Assembly: GCA_951406725.2 (NCBI GenBank)
Contig: OX597835.1
Location: forward strand, 23,808,001 to 23,872,000
Direction of reading: 5' to 3'
From: Octopus vulgaris
Lineage: Eukaryota
DNA length: 64,000 bases
Shown here: positions 62,966 through 64,000 of the stretch, one piece after another
Position numbering within the stretch: position 1 is the first letter of the stretch
How the letters are laid out: each line of letters starts with the position of its first letter
Program-made: the position numbers and the translations under genes
Notes under the pieces: model-generated
What the model saw: the letters and a program-made list of their open reading frames with translations, nothing else
Told to the model about the DNA's origin: nothing
Database searches by the model: none

Positions 62966-64000
62966 CTGGGCTACTGTGGATAAATATCAATTTAATCACT
63001 GTGATCACCGTGACCGAACAGGCTATCAGATGTTGCTACACATCGCTGGTCACAATGTGCTTCGCATTGTTTTAGCCTTCAAATGACTCCACCCCGCTGG
63101 CTAAGCGAGCAGGCCAATAGAAGAAAGAGCGAAAGAGTACAGCAGGGATGCCCCCCCTCTGCCGGAGCCTTGTGGAGCTTTAGGTGCTTTTGCTCAATAA
63201 ACACAACGCCCAGTCTCGGAATTGAAACCACAATCCTACAACCGCGAGTCTGCTGCCCTAACCACTGGGCCATTGCGCCTCTACATCAATTTAATACACA
63301 TATAAAAGTAGCTACTAATAATTTCATGCTCGGAGATACATGGCGCATTTTATAAATATTCCTATTTAAAATATCATGAAAGTATGAAACTATTAGTCAT
63401 ATATACATACACTTTCACCATGGAAAAGTGGACGTTGACGATGATGATCATGATATATACACCATTCGAGTGTGATCGTTACCACGCCACCTTACTAGCA
63501 CTTCTGCTGGTGGCACATGAAATATTCGAGCGAGGTCGTCGCCAGTGCCACTGGACTGGCTCCTGCGCAGGTGCCACATAAAAAGCACCATTTGGGTGTG
63601 ACCATTGCCAGTACCACCAAACTGGCCCTCGTGCCGGTGGCACGTAAAAAGCACTCACTACACTCTCGGAGTGGTTGGCGTTAGGAAGGGCATCCAGCTG
63701 TAGAAACTGCCAGATCATATTGGAGTCTGGTTTGCCAGACCTCAGTCATGGAAAGCGGACGTTAAATGATGATGATAATGATGATGATAAATGTACACAT
63801 TTTTTTCACTTCACTGTGGTTGTTCAAAGCCACTTATCGTGAAGGGTGTAGCAATCCCACCGTTCAATCTAGAAATTCATTTCCATGGAGGGCAGGATTT
63901 CGATACAGAGTGACACAAACGAATAACATTAAAACCATTTCTTTGATGCTCTACCAATTCTACCAATCCACTCTACAATGTCTGTATTTCTTTTCCATTT

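Overview
This is eukaryotic, AT-rich, microsatellite- and SINE-dense genomic DNA, and its repeat families look like those of an Octopus (coleoid cephalopod) genome. Three intron-containing genes could be spliced by hand with consistent GT-AG phases. (1) The last 9 coding exons of a divergent hexokinase (+, 1016-12460; the 5' part lies upstream of the window). (2) A complete 2-coding-exon ADPRM, Mn-dependent ADP-ribose/CDP-alcohol diphosphatase (-, 21465-18650, 318 aa). (3) The first 17 coding exons of POMT1, protein O-mannosyltransferase 1 (+, 38543-62053, continuing past the window), which is head-to-head with ADPRM. Introns and intergenic DNA hold several tRNA-headed SINE families, RTE-type LINE and Penelope fragments, piggyBac-, hAT-, Tc1/mariner- and Merlin-type MITEs, a non-autonomous Helitron, and mini/microsatellites. 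Most long ORFs in the supplied track are microsatellite artefacts. The most notable unannotated signal is a set of type I hammerhead ribozyme motifs from different sequence families. One has a fully canonical core and an expanded multi-hairpin stem II, sense within POMT1 intron 16 (61316-61433). A second is sense just upstream of POMT1 exon 16, a third is antisense in a hexokinase intron, and a variant lies upstream of the ADPRM CDS. Also notable are substitutions in conserved hexokinase motifs, a tandemly duplicated SINE-derived splice acceptor in POMT1, and near-perfect long hairpins that could be ADAR substrates. All calls were made by eye, without database searches.
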